This document shows, piece after piece, positions 51,600 through 53,817 of a stretch of DNA of 53,817 bases (position 1 is its first letter; every line of letters begins with the position of its first letter). Both the position numbers and the translations under genes were made by a program. The DNA is from Candidatus Aenigmatarchaeota archaeon (GTDB lineage Archaea; Aenigmatarchaeota; Aenigmatarchaeia; CG10238-14; SCSR01): NCBI GenBank assembly GCA_030017875.1, contig JASEGQ010000001.1, positions 1 to 53,817 on the forward strand, read 5' to 3'. Below the pieces are notes generated by a model. It did not search any database, was not told the origin of the DNA, and saw only the letters and a list, made by a program, of their open reading frames with translations.

Positions 51600-53186
51600 T
51601 TAGCCTGCATATTTAACAATCTTTGTTATAGTTCCTATTCCTTTTGTCTTTCCTTCTCTGAAAACAAATCTATCTCCCACTTCTAGAAAGTGTGGATTAT
51701 ATTTGAAGGTAAATCTAACCAAACCAGAATCTCCAGCTTTTAGGTATTCTTTATCTAAGCACTCTATCCTAGCAACTTCTGCTGTTGTCTGGCAATGAAC
51801 AACAGGCTCATAATTTGTAGCAATTCTTGTAGGATGGTTCAAAACTAGAATTTCTGCCTCAAAACTTTTTACTGCCCTTGGTTTAACAGATTCATCGCAG
51901 AGTACCATCCCTCTTTTTACTTCCTCATGCTTCATCCCTCTTATCGCTATACCAACTACTAAACCAGCATCAGCCTCTTCCAAAGGGTGGTAATGCATCT
52001 CTATGCTCTTTGCTTTAACTTTTTTGAAATTTCCAGAAGCATCTGGCCCTAGCAATAGTTCAGAACCAGCTTTTAGCTTCCCTTGCTTAATTGTCCCCGA
52101 AACAACCGTTCCTGCACCAGAAACATTGTAAATCCTATCGATAAACATCAAAAAAGGTTTTTCCAATTCTTTTTTCCTTTCAGGCAAAGAATACAATAAT
52201 TTATTTAGCAAGTCATAACCTTCCAAATTTACTGCAGAAGTCCTAATAACAGGCACGATCATGTCCAGTTTGTCTATTACAAGTCCGATATCCTTTTCAT
52301 ACCTTACAGGAAAAGGAACTCTTCCAACATTTTTTAATAGTTCTTCTATTTGTTGTTCAACCTCGCTGATTCTTTTCTCTCCTACTCTATCAGTCTTTGT
52401 AATACAAACTATTACTGGTAAATTAACACCTAGGAGAATTCCTAAGTGCTCTTTTGTTATATTTGTGATACCATCATCAGCAGCAACTATAAGTAAGCTG
52501 TAGTCTAGGCTTTGCCCAACCAAACCACGAATCGTGGTCCTGAGAAATGGTTCATGACCCGGAGCGTCGATAAAGCTTACAAGCTTGTCTGCTTTTTCTA
52601 CAATCTTTGCTCTCTCCTTTTTGTTCAAAGGATTCTTTAGATGTAAAATTTCACCAGCTCTGAAGCCGTATAAACCATAGTGCAAATCAGCTGAAAGGCC
52701 TCGTTCTATTTCGTGTGGTAAAACGTTGAGATATAACCAAGCCTTGTGTGATCTATCAGCTTCTCCTGTCATCAAGGTAGCGATAAGAGTTGACTTTCCA
52801 TGTCGAACATGACCAGCAGTTGCCACTATGATATGCTGCTTCATCTTAGTTTCATATTTTCTTGATATCAAAATTCTTCCTATAGTTTTTCCATTTTCTT
52901 CGAATTTCTCAACCTTTTCTATTTCAGCACTATTTTCTCTAGCAATAACCCTTAAAACATTCAAACTTTCTTCGAATTCTAATTCTGTCAAACCTTTTGC
53001 ATTTCCTTTATCATCCACTCCTAGAATATAGACAGCTCTTCCGTCTCCTGTTTCGAGTCTAAACTTCATTTGACTCGCTAAATGCTGCTTCTTGTCATTT
53101 TTTAAATGAGTTTCAGGACTAAGTTTTTCCTTAAACTCGATGTTTTTATTCTCTTTTTTTGGAATTGTTATACTTTTTTCTGCCAT
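51600..53186 (-). CDS. EF-Tu-superfamily GTPase, GTPBP1-like
   Basis: G1 AGHVRHGKST, G3 DAPGH, G4 TKTD, followed by beta-barrel domains II/III and preceded by an about 120-aa N-terminal domain. The in-frame start at 53240 is an alternative. Confidence 0.7.
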   Translation of the reverse strand: MAEKSITIPKKENKNIEFKEKLSPETHLKNDKKQHLASQMKFRLETGDGRAVYILGVDDKGNAKGLTELEFEESLNVLRVIARENSAEIEKVEKFEENGKTIGRILISRKYETKMKQHIIVATAGHVRHGKSTLIATLMTGEADRSHKAWLYLNVLPHEIERGLSADLHYGLYGFRAGEILHLKNPLNKKERAKIVEKADKLVSFIDAPGHEPFLRTTIRGLVGQSLDYSLLIVAADDGITNITKEHLGILLGVNLPVIVCITKTDRVGEKRISEVEQQIEELLKNVGRVPFPVRYEKDIGLVIDKLDMIVPVIRTSAVNLEGYDLLNKLLYSLPERKKELEKPFLMFIDRIYNVSGAGTVVSGTIKQGKLKAGSELLLGPDASGNFKKVKAKSIEMHYHPLEEADAGLVVGIAIRGMKHEEVKRGMVLCDESVKPRAVKSFEAEILVLNHPTRIATNYEPVVHCQTTAEVARIECLDKEYLKAGDSGLVRFTFKYNPHFLEVGDRFVFREGKTKGIGTITKIVKYAG

Positions 53187-53336
53187 GCTTTGAGAAAAAT
53201 TTAATTGCAATAGGCTTAAACTTAACTTTAATTGCTCCATGGCTTCTAAATAAAATTTGAATAGCTTATTCTTTCCGTTTTGACTCTAGTTTAAATCTAA
53301 AAGATTTAAAATAAGATATAAATTAGGTGTGTTAAA

Positions 53337-53756
53337 TTGGATATTATCGAAAAAAGCAAAATAGTTTTTAAGAAAATTTGGAAAAATGTCGGAATAGATT
53401 ATGCCGTTATTTTTGGTTCTGCTAGTAGGGAAGCCTTGAACGTGGAGAGTGATGTAGACTTTGGAATAAAGTTCAGAAGACTTTCAAAAAGTTCGAAAAT
53501 TCTGCTAAGAAAGATTATAAGAATAAAAAAAGCGCTTGAGGACGAGCTGAAAAGAAGCGTAGATATAGTAGTTCTAAACAAAGCAAATTTGGGTTTGTGC
53601 TATGAAATCTTTTCTACAGGGAAGCCCGTCTTCCTTTCAAATGAAGAAAAGTTTATGGAAGAGAAGATAAAGACATTGAGGGAATACCTAGATTTTAAAT
53701 ACTATATTCAAAGGCATTTTGAGGAAAAAGTCGAGAGGTTATTATATGGTGAGTGA
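53337..53756 (+). CDS. Minimal nucleotidyltransferase (MNT) domain protein
   Basis: VIFGSASREALNVESDVDFGI is a GSxxRG...DxD pol-beta-type NTase motif. TTG start. The 3' end overlaps the next ORF by 12 nt. Confidence 0.7.
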   Translation: MDIIEKSKIVFKKIWKNVGIDYAVIFGSASREALNVESDVDFGIKFRRLSKSSKILLRKIIRIKKALEDELKRSVDIVVLNKANLGLCYEIFSTGKPVFLSNEEKFMEEKIKTLREYLDFKYYIQRHFEEKVERLLYGE

Positions 53757-53817
53757 AAGCACCCTGAGAAGAGTGGAGAGATTTGAGGAAGGTACAAAAC
53801 TGCTTGAAGAAATTGCC
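53745..53817 (+). CDS. Start of a probable HEPN (DUF86) partner gene (3' end outside window)
   Basis: The ATG overlaps the MNT stop region, and MVSESTLRRVERFEEGTKLLEEIA is helical. Assignment rests on the usual MNT-HEPN gene pairing, since only 24 codons are visible. Confidence 0.4.

Noticed and set aside
1-53817. Search for CRISPR arrays, rRNA genes, transposases/integrases, long tandem repeats and prophage-like blocks
   Set aside because: I found no regularly spaced direct repeats, no rRNA-like GC-rich structured stretches and no recombinase-like ORFs. The only repeated DNA segments noted are the 25-nt identical 3' ends of the two tRNA-Pro genes and the LAGLIDADG upstream motif.

Overview
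This is a visibly AT-rich, gene-dense archaeal chromosomal segment with about 70 protein genes on both strands. Many genes have start/stop overlaps, and GTG/TTG starts are frequent. I saw no rRNA, CRISPR array, transposase or integrase. The content is mostly archaeal housekeeping: PheRS alpha/beta, TrpRS, GlyRS, aIF2-gamma, aIF6, r-proteins S6e/S24e/S27ae/L31e/L39e/L15e/L37ae/S19e, and RNAP subunits E', Spt4(E'') and P. It also includes the exosome-proteasome superoperon (Rpp30, Pop5, PsmA, SBDS, Rrp4, Rrp41, Rrp42), Rpp21, FEN1, prefoldin beta, SepF, two MinD-like ATPases, H+-PPase, TrxB and NMNAT. From about 15.5 to 34.5 kb lies a sugar block: GAPDH, PGK, acylphosphatase, TIM and FBP aldolase/phosphatase, followed by an alpha-glucan/glycogen cluster (two GH57, debranching enzyme, GH15, two glycogen-synthase-like GTs, PGM, PfkB kinase, cupin isomerase, GalT-like transferase). 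The compactness and repertoire suggest a small-genome (DPANN-like) archaeon, but that is inference. Three observations stand out. (1) aIF2-gamma is split inside its P-loop by 22 nt that fold into a bulge-helix-bulge motif, and the predicted cleavage restores GHVAHGKT exactly. This is a candidate mRNA intron in an essential translation factor. (2) Two tandem tRNA-Pro genes have acceptor-stem nucleotides 1-3 separated from the tRNA body by 35 and 29 nt, and one also carries a minimal 12-nt canonical intron. (3) Two free-standing HTH+LAGLIDADG genes each sit inside a conserved operon or cluster, and each is preceded by the same operator-like motif. Three conserved genes below the ORF-track size cutoff (rps27ae, rpl39e, rpoP) were recovered by hand translation.
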